From: Utricularia gibba
Taxonomy: Eukaryota > Plantae > Magnoliophyta
Assembly: GCA_002189035.1 (NCBI GenBank)
Contig: NEEC01000002.1
Location: forward strand, 2,108,001-2,172,000
Reading direction: 5' to 3'
Length of the DNA: 64,000 bases
The notes beneath the pieces were generated by a model, which had not been told where the DNA came from, searched no databases, and was given only the letters and a program-made list of their open reading frames with translations. The stretch's first letter is position 1, and each line of letters opens with the position of its first letter. The position numbers were made by a program, and so were the translations under genes. Below, one piece after another: positions 52,771 to 64,000 of this stretch.

Positions 52771-55439
52771 ATGGTAAGCGCCGGAGGGAGTGCAGAAGGG
52801 ACGAATTTGGAGTACACTCCAACATGGGTTGTTGCTTCTGTGTGCACCATCATCGTTGGTCTCTCCCTCGCCTTAGAACGCGCCCTTCATCATACCGGGA
52901 AGGTTAATGATCCCCAGCACTTCTTGGAGTTTTGTTGCTAAAAATTTCTCAAATCTTCGTTTGTTGTGAAAGTTTTGGTTTTATTGTTGTGTTTAAAACG
53001 ACTTCTGAACATGTGGGACTTTCATTCCTGCAGTATCTGAACAAGAAGAACCAAAAACCCCTGTTTGATGCTCTACTGAAAGTCAAGGAAGGTGCGTATA
53101 CTTCTGAGTATTCATTGATATCCTTTTTTGTGCCTGATTTGAGATCTCTGATGAACACAGAGTTGATGCTGTTGGGCTTCATTTCGCTGATGCTAACGGT
53201 GTTTCAAGGCCGTATAGTCAGAATTTGTATGGATCGAGGTCCTATGGACCATCTTCTTCCCTGTGCGTTGCCAAGAAACTCATCTTCTACTGGAGGGTCG
53301 AGTGGTGGCCATCGCCGTTTGCTCGCTGAAGCTGAAGGAGCTGGACACTGTGCTTCACGGGTGATCCATTAACACCAAAACTTGCAGATCCTTTTCTGAG
53401 AATTTTTGCATAACTTCATCTTTTTCGCCTCTTCTACTGCTGGGGTGTTTCTCTTTGTGGTTGAAACTGATAAGTTCTGTTTCCCGTATGCAGAACCAGA
53501 TTCCATTGTTATCCCTCGAAGCAATCCATGAACTACACATCTTCATATTTGTTCTTGCAATTGTCCATGTGGTTTTCTCTGCTCTGACTGTCATGCTCGG
53601 TAGTGCAAAGGTGGGTGTGTTTCTGTCCATTCAAAGCACTTCAACTGCTGTTTTCACTCTCTAATACCTTCGATTCAAATGCAGATACGGCAATGGAAGA
53701 AATGGGAAGAGGCCATTGCAAAAGCCAATGATGCTGAATCTGTGCAAGGTATGTGTAATGAACATATTACATTTGAATGACTGTTTCTTGATTATGTCCT
53801 ATCCTTGCAGCTGCCGAGCCCAAGGTCATTTACATCCATCAGCATGAATTCATCAGGAATCGCCTTCGTGGCTTTGACCATGCATCTTCCCTCAGAATTT
53901 GGGCGGTAAGGCATTCATAGCAGAAGCTTCTGTCCATGGCTTCCATAGCAGAAACTCAGAACTGATGCTCATAGATGTTCATCTGCAGCACTCATTTGTT
54001 AAGCAGTTCTATGGATCCGTCACCAAAACAGATTACACAGCCCTCCGGCTCGGATTCATCATGGTACTAAAGAGGATCGATACTCGTGATCAATATTCAA
54101 TCCACTGCAACTTCTGATCTGTCTTGTTGCTGACTTGAAGCTCTTTCTGTCTTAAGGCACACTGTCCGAGAACCCCAAAATTCAACTTCTACCAGTACAT
54201 GGTCAAGGCTCTTGAGGATGACTTCAAGAAAGTTGTTGGCACCAGGTATCCCAGACTGCAGAAACCATGAAACAACACCAGTTTATCAGCACGTCTGTCT
54301 CTTTACATCTCCCTTCATGCATTGCAGTTGGTACCTGTGGATCTTTGTGGTCACCTTCTTGCTCCTGAACGTCAATGGCTGGCATACATACTTCTGGATA
54401 GCATTCCTCCCTCTTCTCGTGAGCGCCTCCTCCACCCCTTTTCTCTCCACTTCTGCTTCCCAACTCTCTGCCGTTTCTTGCAGCTTCTGCTCATCGTGGG
54501 CACCAAGCTGGAGCACGTGATCACTCAGCTGGCTCAGGAGGTCGCCGAGAAACATGTGGCCATCGAAGGGGATCTGGTAGTGCAGCCTTCCGACGATCAT
54601 TTCTGGCTCCGGCGACCTCGAATCGTGCTGGTGCTGATCCATTTTATCCTCTTCCAGAACTCCTTTGAGATCGCCTTCTTCTTCTGGGTTTGGGTGAGTT
54701 GCTTCTCCACTCAACCAGAGCTACATCTCTTGCTGCTTCTTCTGTTGCTTCAGCGCCCTCCTCTGCCTTCAGGTTCAGTACGGATTCGACTCCTGCATCA
54801 TGGGACACATCGCACTCATCGCTCCCAGGCTTGTCCTAAGGTATTTTAGTTAAATAATTCGTAAAATAAAAATTAAATCTTTAACCATTCTTTTTTTTTA
54901 CAGTGTCTTTATCCAGTTACTGTGCAGTTACAGCACACTTCCGCTATACGCGCTGGTCACACAGGTAATTAAATTACAATTTTTTTATTATTCACTTTTT
55001 AAAAAATAAAAACTATATTTACAAAATTTAAGAAAAAAATATCTTATATAATTTTCTAAAATATATAGTAGATAACCTATAAAAAACATGGATTCCTCTT
55101 AATAATCGTATTTATTAATAGTTCATAAATTACATTTTTTATTAGTTATTTAAGCACAAAATTGCAATTAAATCTGGGATTTTATTTAATGATGATTTTT
55201 TGCTTGTGAAGATGGGAAGCAATTACAAGAAGGTGTTATTCGATGAGCGTGTCCAAGCGGGTATTGCTGGCTGGACGAGGATGGCCAAGAAGAACAAAGG
55301 GCTGCCGGTGTCGGTCACCTCCAGCCCCCTGCACCAGCCCGGAGGAGATGGGCTGCAGATGGCCGGCGCAGCGGACGCGGCGCCGCCGCCGCTGTCTTAT
55401 CCCCGACCATCCCAACACTCGCCGGACCTGGTCAAATAA
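52771..55439 (+). CDS. MLO: MLO-like seven-transmembrane protein (AtMLO1-like), ~13 exons, intact
   Basis: LEYTPTWVVASVC, ELMLLGFISL, HELHIFIFVLAIVHV, ALEDDFKKVVG, VGTKLEHVITQLA, FQNSFEIAFFFW, LCSYSTLPLYALVTQMGS, and a putative CaM-binding tail FDERVQAGIAGW. Confidence 0.93.
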
Positions 55440-56286
55440 TACACGGCAAAAAAGTGTGTAGCTGCTGGTCCCACCCAATCCATTTTAATTTGAATTATAT
55501 TATTTAAATTGGTTTCAGTCGGTTTTAAATTAATATTTATAAATCCAACTCGATGAAGTTGATCCATTTTATTTCTTATTATATTATTATATAAATAAAT
55601 AGTAATGATTAGTTATTAACATAATTATGCGTTTGATCAAAGTTTTTAATCACTAATATATTTTAATTATTTGTATCTAAATAAACTCATATTATGTATT
55701 TAATATTAAAGTTTATTTGGTACATAAGTTTTGCATCCCAATGTTTAAAAAAATATTGTGTTCGATAAATGTTTTAAAATAAATAATTTAAAATTTCGAT
55801 TATTTAGGGTTTAGAATTGAATTAAGGGAAAAATTAAGATTTGAAATTTGGGATTAATTATATTATTAACATAAATAATAAATAATGTTTTTATCCAATT
55901 TTCAAAATAATTTTTATGGGACCTATAATAACATAGTGTTGTGACAGATTCCAAACCAATTCGTTTCATAGAATTGATTCTTCATAAACTATGATTTGAC
56001 GTTAAATTCGATTTCAATTTGAAATTAAAATCATAAATTTTGAACTGAACTTAAACCGGAACCAATTACAACTGTATTTAGCCAAACCGTATGGAATATT
56101 ATTGAAATTTCCCGTTTGCTTAAGGTTTCGATGACATAAAATTGTGTGATTTATTTTATTTCATGCCCACGTCAAAAATAGTTAATGAATAAATCAACCT
56201 TTCTTCGAAGGTCGAGGATACTTCTACAAACTAAAATCAATGTGAACAGGTATTGCATCGTGTAACCAGAAAAATCGGGGTGTGTG

Positions 56287-59200
56287 ATGCCTTCCTCAAT
56301 TGGGAGTAGTGATCCTCATGAGATGGAGGAGACCTCACCAGAGATGCTGAAGAATACCCGTCGAATATACGGAGGTTGGCTAACGAGATTGAGCTCTGTG
56401 AAGGCCGGCAAAAGTATCTTGCCCAGACTAGAAGTCCCTCCGACGGCGGGGATGTTCGCTGGTACTTCTGTAAAGTCCCGTTGGGAGTAAATGGTTAGTG
56501 CTGATTAAAGAGTTCTTAGATTGTCTTTACACTTGGGTTTATGTGCAAATCGTAGATCACGCCTCTTTTCTTGAACTTGCCTAAACTCGGTTTAGTTTCC
56601 TTATAAATTGCTGGTTTAATTGTTTCATTAAATGGCAGAGGTTTCTGCGTCGTTCCCTGGTACTGAAATTGTTGGCAAAGGTGATTATTTTCGATTTGGT
56701 ATGAGGGATTCCTTGGCAATTGAGGCGATCTTCCTGCAGGTAACTGAGTTAAGAGAGTACTTTGTTTCATGTTCTCGCTCCTGGACGTTATCCTTTTATT
56801 ATCAAACACTGCTTTCATAAAAATGCTTAAATGGTGGATTGGTGGATACTAGAGAGAGGAGGAGTTGCTTTCAAGCTGGTGGAGAGAGTTTGCAGAGTGT
56901 AGTGAGGGTCCTAAGGAGCATATTAGTAGTACCTCCCGATCAAATCAGCCATCTTCTTCAGGAAGTCATGAAGCATGGAGATCATTCATAAATGATGAGG
57001 AGAGGGTTGGTGTTCCTGTGAAAGGTGGACTATATGAGGTAGGGGCTCTTTCTCTGCGATGAAGCTAACAAACACAAAAAATGCAAATAACCAACATTTT
57101 ATAGGTAGATTTGGTCAAGCGGCATTGCTTTCCTGTTTATTGGTATGGAGAGAATCGACGGGTGCTAAGAGGCCATTGGTTTGCCCTTAAAGGTGGCTTA
57201 GATTGGCTTCCTCTGCGTGAGGATGTTTCTGAGCAACTGGAATATGCATACCGTGGCAAGGTGCGAGCTCTGCTTCTGTTTTCCTTCCTTTTTTTTCCTC
57301 TTTCAGCATGTTATATACTAATATAGAACGTTGTTGTCCTCCCTTCTAGGTTTGGCATCGGCGGACCTTTCAACCATCAGGTCTCTTTGCAGCCCGAGTT
57401 GATCTCCAAGGCTCAGTTCCAGTATGACTTTCTGATTCAATAAAACGTGCTTGCAGTAGAGTGTATATTTAACTGAATGCGATATAATTTCTGGTGGAAG
57501 GGATTGCATGCCCTTTTTACTGGGGAAGATGACACATGGGAAGCTTGGATGAGTATGCAGTCATCAGGTTTTCGTGGTGTTGTCGGTTTTTCAAGGAATT
57601 CCATTCAGTTGAGACGTGGATATGCTCCACCCCAGTCTCAGAAACCAACACAGGTTAGTTGAGTCATAAGAATGTAAGAATATCCAGGTTGTTCCTATAA
57701 CGTCTTTGGCTAGGAATTCATGGACATGACAAATGCACCGTCACTGCATGTGGATGAATACCATAGAATTCAAAGTTGACTATGTATATACCTTTTTCCT
57801 TATTCCCAGTGTATTGACAGGACGAGTTACGACAGCAGAAGGAGGAGGAGATAGATGATTACTGCTCACAGGTATGCTTGGAAATTTAATGGCACACGTC
57901 GCTGAATGTACCTTACATTTCATTCTTAGATTAATATATTTAGAAAAGCACTATCCAAACATATGTTCTGATGCAGAACATATATTCCTACGTGCATGTC
58001 TTCAAGATATCTAGCCACAAGATTGATATTGTCCAGTAAGCATTGTTGTTGCATAATATAGGTTCCTGTTAGGCACGTGGTCTTCATGATTCATGGCATT
58101 GGTCAAAGGCTTGAGAAGTCTAATTTGGTAGATGATGTTGGAGATTTTCGCCACATAACTGCAAACATTGCAGAAAGACACCTGACCTCCTACCAACGTG
58201 CAATGCAGAGAATTCTTTACATTCCTTGTCAGGTAATTATTGGCAGTGTCTACCTCGTAAAAGAAATGCATCACGTTCTTAAAAAAACTTTATTTTTTCT
58301 ATTGATGATTACTGTCTTCAGTATGGTGCTTCACTGTTGGTGGGTCAATTTTCTTTCTCAATGGCTTTCTGAAAATTCTTTTCCTGCTGATGTGACTTTT
58401 TCTAACCTTTTTAGTGGAGGAAGGGCTTGACGTTCAGTGGTGAATCAGCAATTGAAACAATCACTTTAGATGGTGTTCGTGGACTACGCAGAACGTTGAG
58501 TGCAACAGTTCATGATGTCTTATATTATATGAGCCCAATTTTCTGTCAAGAAATCATAGACTCAGTAATGACGATCACTTAATTCATTTATCCTTTTTCC
58601 ATTCCATCGTAATGACCTGCTCGTTGAACTTTCATGGTGTCCAGTTGAGTGATTTAATTTCATTTTTGTTCCAGGTATCCAATCAACTTAACAGGCTATA
58701 TTTGAAGTTCCTTAAAAGGAACCCTGGTTATGATGGAAAGGTATATTTTTGTTGAGTGAAACTTGCTTTCTGTTTTCTTAGTTATTCTGAATAAATTTTT
58801 GAGTCAGGAATCTTTAAACTGATTTTGCAGATTTCGATATATGGCCACTCTTTGGGAAGCGTTTTAACGTATGACATTCTGTGTCACCAAGAAAATTTGT
58901 GTTCACCCTTTCCAATGGAGTGGATGTTTAAAGAACACAAGGCAGTTGAGGCCCTGAGTTCAGATAATGTCTTACCAGGAAACCCCAAATTAATCTCGGA
59001 CCAGAGTAATGAAAACAAAGGAATTGTAGATCGTTTGTCTGTAAACTTCGTTGGCCATGCAGATACTCCAGATCCTGACTCTGGGGGTAATCATCTTGAT
59101 CCTCCTGCTCCATCTGATTCCGATGAATCAACTAGCGCAGATGTTGGTTGCTCACAGACAAATGAAAGCTTGCTTGCTGTTGAGAATCAATATGATTCTT

Positions 59201-61243
59201 CGGGCAATTCAGTTAATTTGGAAGGATCTAGAAGTGACTTGAGATGCTCCAATAGTGGCAATGGCGTACTGCCAAGCAACGAAAAGAATGGTATCAATAT
59301 TTCTGATGATGGCAAAGCGGGTATTGTAGAGTCATTAAAAAAAGAGGTAGTGAAGCATTCATTATCGCATTCTCTTCAGTGACATTTTTGACAGAGCCTT
59401 TCTTTTTCCCCTTAGATTGATATTCTTAAAGAAAAAATTAGAGAACATGAAGCTCAATATGCTGACAAAGGTATTAAATTACATGAGGATAAATCTATAT
59501 ATCCTTTTCATTTCCATATTTTTTGGGGTTGTCTCCTGAATTTTCCTGTTGAACTTGACCGAACTGTGTTATTCTATTTGACATCAATACAGCAGTTCAA
59601 CCAATACATGACGATGCTGTTAGGATTCATGTGCCACGGATAAAGTACACCAAATTATTATTTAAGGTGAGTGTCTTAAATTTTTACACTATCTTTATGT
59701 GCCTCAGGTAACTCTTGTGCCTGTCATGGTTTCAAGCTTTCGTTCCCCATAGGTGAATAAGATCCAACTCGCTTACATGGGTTAAACATCTTGACCATTG
59801 ATATCAGGTTGATACATTCTATGCTGTGGGATCTCCCCTTGGGGTTTTTCTCTCCATGCGCAGCACTCGGTTGGCATTGGTAAGCTAGGATGTATAACAC
59901 TTTTTTGATTACAAAAAGTTGCGTCCTTGTGATCTTATTGAAGATAATTCCTGGATATGAATACCAAGATTCTTGTTATTTACAAAGGATGTTCCTTGCA
60001 TTATAATTTCTTTAGGAAAAGGTCAAGAGTATTGGAATGAAGAAAGTATTCATGAAGAAATGCCAGCATGCCAGCAGATGTTTAATATATTTCATCCTTG
60101 TGACCCTGTGGCATATAGGTATAGACTTCTGAAAAACAACCACAGTCCACTGAGTTGTCATGCGTTAGAACTTTTGTTCATTAGCTTTCATTTCTTACAG
60201 AATAGAGCCACTTGTATGCAAAGAATTTATACACAAGCGCCCTGTCATTATTCCATACCATAGAGGCGGGAAGCGGCTGTATGTTGGTTATCAGGTAATG
60301 GAGGAGAATAGTCAGTCATTTGATCGTTCATATACGTTCTGCACCTCCTCCCTCTTACCGAGTTTCTGTTTTTAAGGAATTTACAGAAGGGTGGGCTGCT
60401 CGCTCTCAAGCTCTCAAGGGCCACTTAATGCGTGCAAGGGTGGGTAAAACATCTCCATTCCTGTACTTGCTGTTTCATGTTGCTCATTTTTCACTCAAAA
60501 TTCTTGATGATTTCTTCTGGTAGAAAATCTAGTGCAGAACATGGCCCTAATGTTTAGTGTTCTTGGCAGGCTAAGGTGCTTACAATCTGTGAGTCAAGAT
60601 CCGGCAACAACTCACCTGGTAAACCGATCTCCTGCATCCTTGAGCATCAAGCTAATTTATTCATTTCTCCAATGGCACTTTTCCAGAGACAGCTGAAAGC
60701 CCCCAAGATGAAGAAGAAAGGTCCTACGGCTCATTAATGATGGAAAGAGTAACAGGAAGCATCCACGGGCGCATAGACTATGCATTACAAGTGAGTGGTT
60801 TTTGTTTCTCATTGTTCGCTTAGAACGCCTCATCTCGCCATCTGATCAAGATCCCTAGACCCTCCTAATCTTGGTTTTCCTTTTGCAGGACAAAACATTT
60901 CGACATCCGTACTTATCGGTTCTCTCAGCCCACACGTGAGCACTTCTCCACCTTGTGTTACTGCACTCTCCCTAGATGCACAGCGTTGATGGCAATCTTC
61001 TTCTCCAGGAACTACTGGAGAGACCCCGACACTGCGCTCTTCATCCTGAACCACCTGTACCGCGATATACCAGAAGAGCCAGAGGTGCTGGAGAGTAGCT
61101 CAGATGAAGAAAGCAGCAGCAGGTCGATGAGATGGTCTGATCCTCGACGAGTGGATGAGGAGGAACTTCCGCTCACCTTTTCCGATAGGGTGTCTACGAA
61201 GAATTTCGCCTTCAGAGCCAAAAAAGCCATGAAGAAACAGTGA
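56287..61243 (+). CDS. SGR2: Phospholipase SGR2 (PA-PLA1/DDHD family), ~20 exons; two apparent 1-bp frameshifts (56357-56359, 59869-59871)
   Basis: KYLAQTRSPSDGGDVRWYFCKVPL, YFRFGMRDSLAIE, HVVFMIHGIGQRL, lipase motif GHSLG, and DDHD elements FYAVGSPLG, NIFHPCDPVAYR, RIDYALQ, AHTNYWRDPDTA. Confidence 0.92.
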
Positions 61244-61575
61244 GATGATCTCCGGTGGCTTGCGGTGGCCGGTGAGGCGTGATGTAACTAGGGTTTTGGT
61301 TTAGAGGGTCTCTCCGTACATATTAGAACTACATTGTAAATGAAATAAATATACTTTATGCAGTCCACATTTGCATGAACATTAGTAAACGTGCGCAAAT
61401 GAAGGAAATAAAAATAAATAAATAAATAAAAAGCTTTACGACATGCTGCTGACGGCAATTTGGAAGAGTAAAGCGGAGGAGAGGGAATCCTCAATTAGGG
61501 ATTGGAAGGGATTAAACGTCGTCGTTTTGCCTTTAGCGGGGTTGACTTGTATCGGGGTAGTTCCTGTCTCCGGCG

Positions 61576-64000
61576 ATGGAGCCGGTGGCTGAAGGGTTGT
61601 GGGCGTTGTCGGAGTACCACGAGAAGAGAGGAGAGGTTGGAAAGGCTGTAAAATGCCTGGAAGCAATTTGTCAAAGCACGGTTTCATTTCTTCCCATCGT
61701 TGAAGTCAAAACAAGGCTTCAAGTGGCTGCACTTCTTCTCAAGCACACGCACAATGTGAACCATGCGAAATCCCACCTCGAGCGCGCGGCATGTATCTTT
61801 TAACAGCTTTTTTCGACTTTTTCGTTGATTTCGGGAGCTATTAATGGTTGTACTCATGCTGGAACTTTTTCTCGTGTTCTTAAGATGCGATGGTCGATGA
61901 GCGATTTAGTGTGTGTGAATTTGGAGTGTCAGTGATTGCGACGAAATGGTGACTTTACGTGTGCCGAATTATGAGTTGTTGTGGAAGCATTGCTTAATGG
62001 ATTCTCTCCCTGTATGCGGCATATTGTCTGCTGTCTTGAGCTCAAATTCATATGATGTTGTAATGGCTTGGTGCAGCAAATACTATTGAAGTCCATTCCA
62101 TCTTGCTTTGAGCTGAAGTGTCGAGCTTATAGCCTGCTGAGTCAATGTTATCATCTTGTGGGAGCGATTTCTTCTCAGAAACAGATACTCAACAAGGCCT
62201 TAGACCTTACTGTTGTGTCTGGAGATGGGTATTCCTGTTTACAGCACTTTCTTTGTTTGTTTTCCTTTATTTCCATCTATCTTTTTCTTCTTCGGTTGAT
62301 GGGCTAATGCTAGTTCACCGAAATCGAATGATGAGAGTAGCTAAAGCTTGTTAATTTTGCATGTGCTACCCGAACTCTGATCTTAAAGGTATTCTGGGAG
62401 GTTGTGGTCTTGTAACTTCAGTTCTCAGCTTGCGAACGCCCTAATAATTGAGGGGGACTACGATGGCTCGATTTCAGCACTGGAACAGGGATTCACTTGT
62501 GCAATGGAGATGGGTTATCCTGAATTGCAGGTTAGTTTAACTTTTGTAAAAGATTTTCCTATTTTATTATGTATCTCAAGGAGGACTAATAAGATACCTA
62601 GTGCAACTCTAAACATGCGTTCTCTCTTTTTATTTTTTAATATGATTCTTCTTTTGAATTTTGAGCTCCTTGTTATTTATTTTCATCATTTCTAGAGCTT
62701 CTACAGACCATTCTGTTATCCTTTATTTGGATTAGATGTTCTTTGCCACTTCAATGCTGCATGTCCGAGTGATGCAGTGGGAGAGCACAAGTCTTGTAGA
62801 AGAATCTGTTAACAGGTGCAATATGATATGGGAGTCCATCGATCCAGATATGGTAACAATCTTCTGCCATTGCATATTAGATATGTAGCAATCTATAGAT
62901 TCCCTAATGCTTTGTGGTCTTTTTCACTTCATTTTTTTTTTATGCCATAAAACTGAGTGTTCCTGTTTTTTGTCCTCTTCCACTATTTGAAGAGGCAACA
63001 ATGCCTTGGTCTGCTGTTTTATCATGAGCTGCTTCAATTGTTCTATTTATTGCGGATATGTGACTTCAAGAATGCTGGTCAACGCATCATCAATTTGGAA
63101 ACTGTGATGAGGACCGACTTGGAGAGAATGCAGAACATCCAAGAACTTAGGGATGAACTTAATGTGCTGAAACAAAGCCTTTCACGCACAGACTTACATT
63201 ATAAAGAGAGATCTGCTCTTTCCGATAAATGCCACAAACTAGAGGAGCAACTTACTGAGTACACGAGGTCAAATTCAGCTGGAAAAGCAACATTAGAACC
63301 TGCATATTTTGGGAACATTCAACGTGCATGTTCTGATAAACTGGAGCTGGCACCACCCCACTTGATGGAGAATGGCTACCAAAAAGTGCAGTCTATGCAC
63401 TGGTAGATCTTATAGTGGTTATTTTTAGTCGACCAAAAGGTCTTTTTAAAGATTGTCAAAAGAGGATCCAGTCTGGATTGCAAAGAATAAAAGGTTTGTT
63501 TTTCATTCACAATATGAAGTTTCTATAATATAGCAGCGTTTTTCGTGCATCTGCTAAACTAATTTACTTGCAGAAGAGCTAGTGCATCTTGGAATATCTG
63601 ATGGGGTTAAAGGTGGGGATTTCCGTATGTATTCATGGATCGATATTTTCCTGATATTATACTAATTTTTTCTGTGACGTGATGGATTCTGGAAGTAGAA
63701 GTGGAGTTGCAGCACTCTGCAATCTGGATGGCTGGAGTATATCTGTTGCTCGTCATGCAGTTTCTAGAAAACAAAGTAGCAATAGAGCTTACACGCACTG
63801 AATTTGTGGAGGCCCAAGAGGTTTATTTTTTTTCATCATTAATCTTCCCTTGGATTTAACTACAATGTTGATGCAATAATAAAACTGTTGTTTCTGCAGG
63901 CTCTATTGCAGATGAGAAGCTGGTTTCTTCGCTTTCCGACCATCCTTCAGGCTTGTGAAAGTACAATCGAGATGCTGAGGGGCCAGTATGCCCATTCTGT
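61576..64000 (+). CDS. SCC4: Cohesin loader subunit SCC4/MAU2, continues beyond window; GC-AG first intron; apparent 1-bp frameshift at 63356-63359
   Basis: MEPVAEGLWAL, KAVKCLEAICQS, LLLKHTHNVNHAKSHLER, FELKCRAYSLLSQCYHLVG, CNFSSQLANALIIEGDY and GEWLPKSAVYALVDL. Confidence 0.92.

Noticed and set aside
55800-55830. TTTAGGG-like telomere motifs
   Set aside because: Only one or two imperfect units in AT-rich DNA; not an interstitial telomere array.
59499-59507. ATATCCTTT resembling a U12 (AT-AC) donor in SGR2
   Set aside because: It lies inside a normal GT-AG intron (donor AAAG|GTATTA at 59471, acceptor ATACAG|CAGTT) that already keeps the frame.

Overview
This is eukaryotic (land-plant, probably eudicot) nuclear DNA with about 20 intron-containing genes plus one decayed gene, roughly one locus per 3 kb, and many introns of only 66-100 nt. 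In order: an alpha/beta-hydrolase (5' end off-window), AXS (UDP-apiose/xylose synthase), an A1 aspartic protease, a DUF1635 protein, a tau GST, shugoshin, a nodulin-like/NFD4 MFS transporter, a HIPP, dolichol kinase, an RLCK-VII kinase, DRB2, a BODYGUARD-like hydrolase, a CYP40/SQUINT pseudogene, a short COR27/28-like gene, PABP, TIC21/PIC1, a reticulon, PEX13, MLO, SGR2 and SCC4/MAU2 (runs off-window). Five observations stand out. (1) Nine apparent single-base deficits break the frame of seven otherwise well-conserved genes, mostly in G/C homopolymers; this looks like long-read consensus error rather than biology. (2) A genuinely decayed, intron-retaining CYP40/SQN copy eroded by internal deletions lies at about 39-40.7 kb and is not evident from the ORF track. 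(3) A gene-free, transcript-like locus head-to-head with dolichol kinase carries about 7 degenerate copies of an unexplained ~30-bp motif. (4) The COR27/28-like gene is unusually short. (5) SCC4 has a GC-AG intron. There is also a Tourist-like MITE with TTA target-site duplications. All family assignments come from motif recall and manual translation, not database searches. I found no clearly new multi-gene system.
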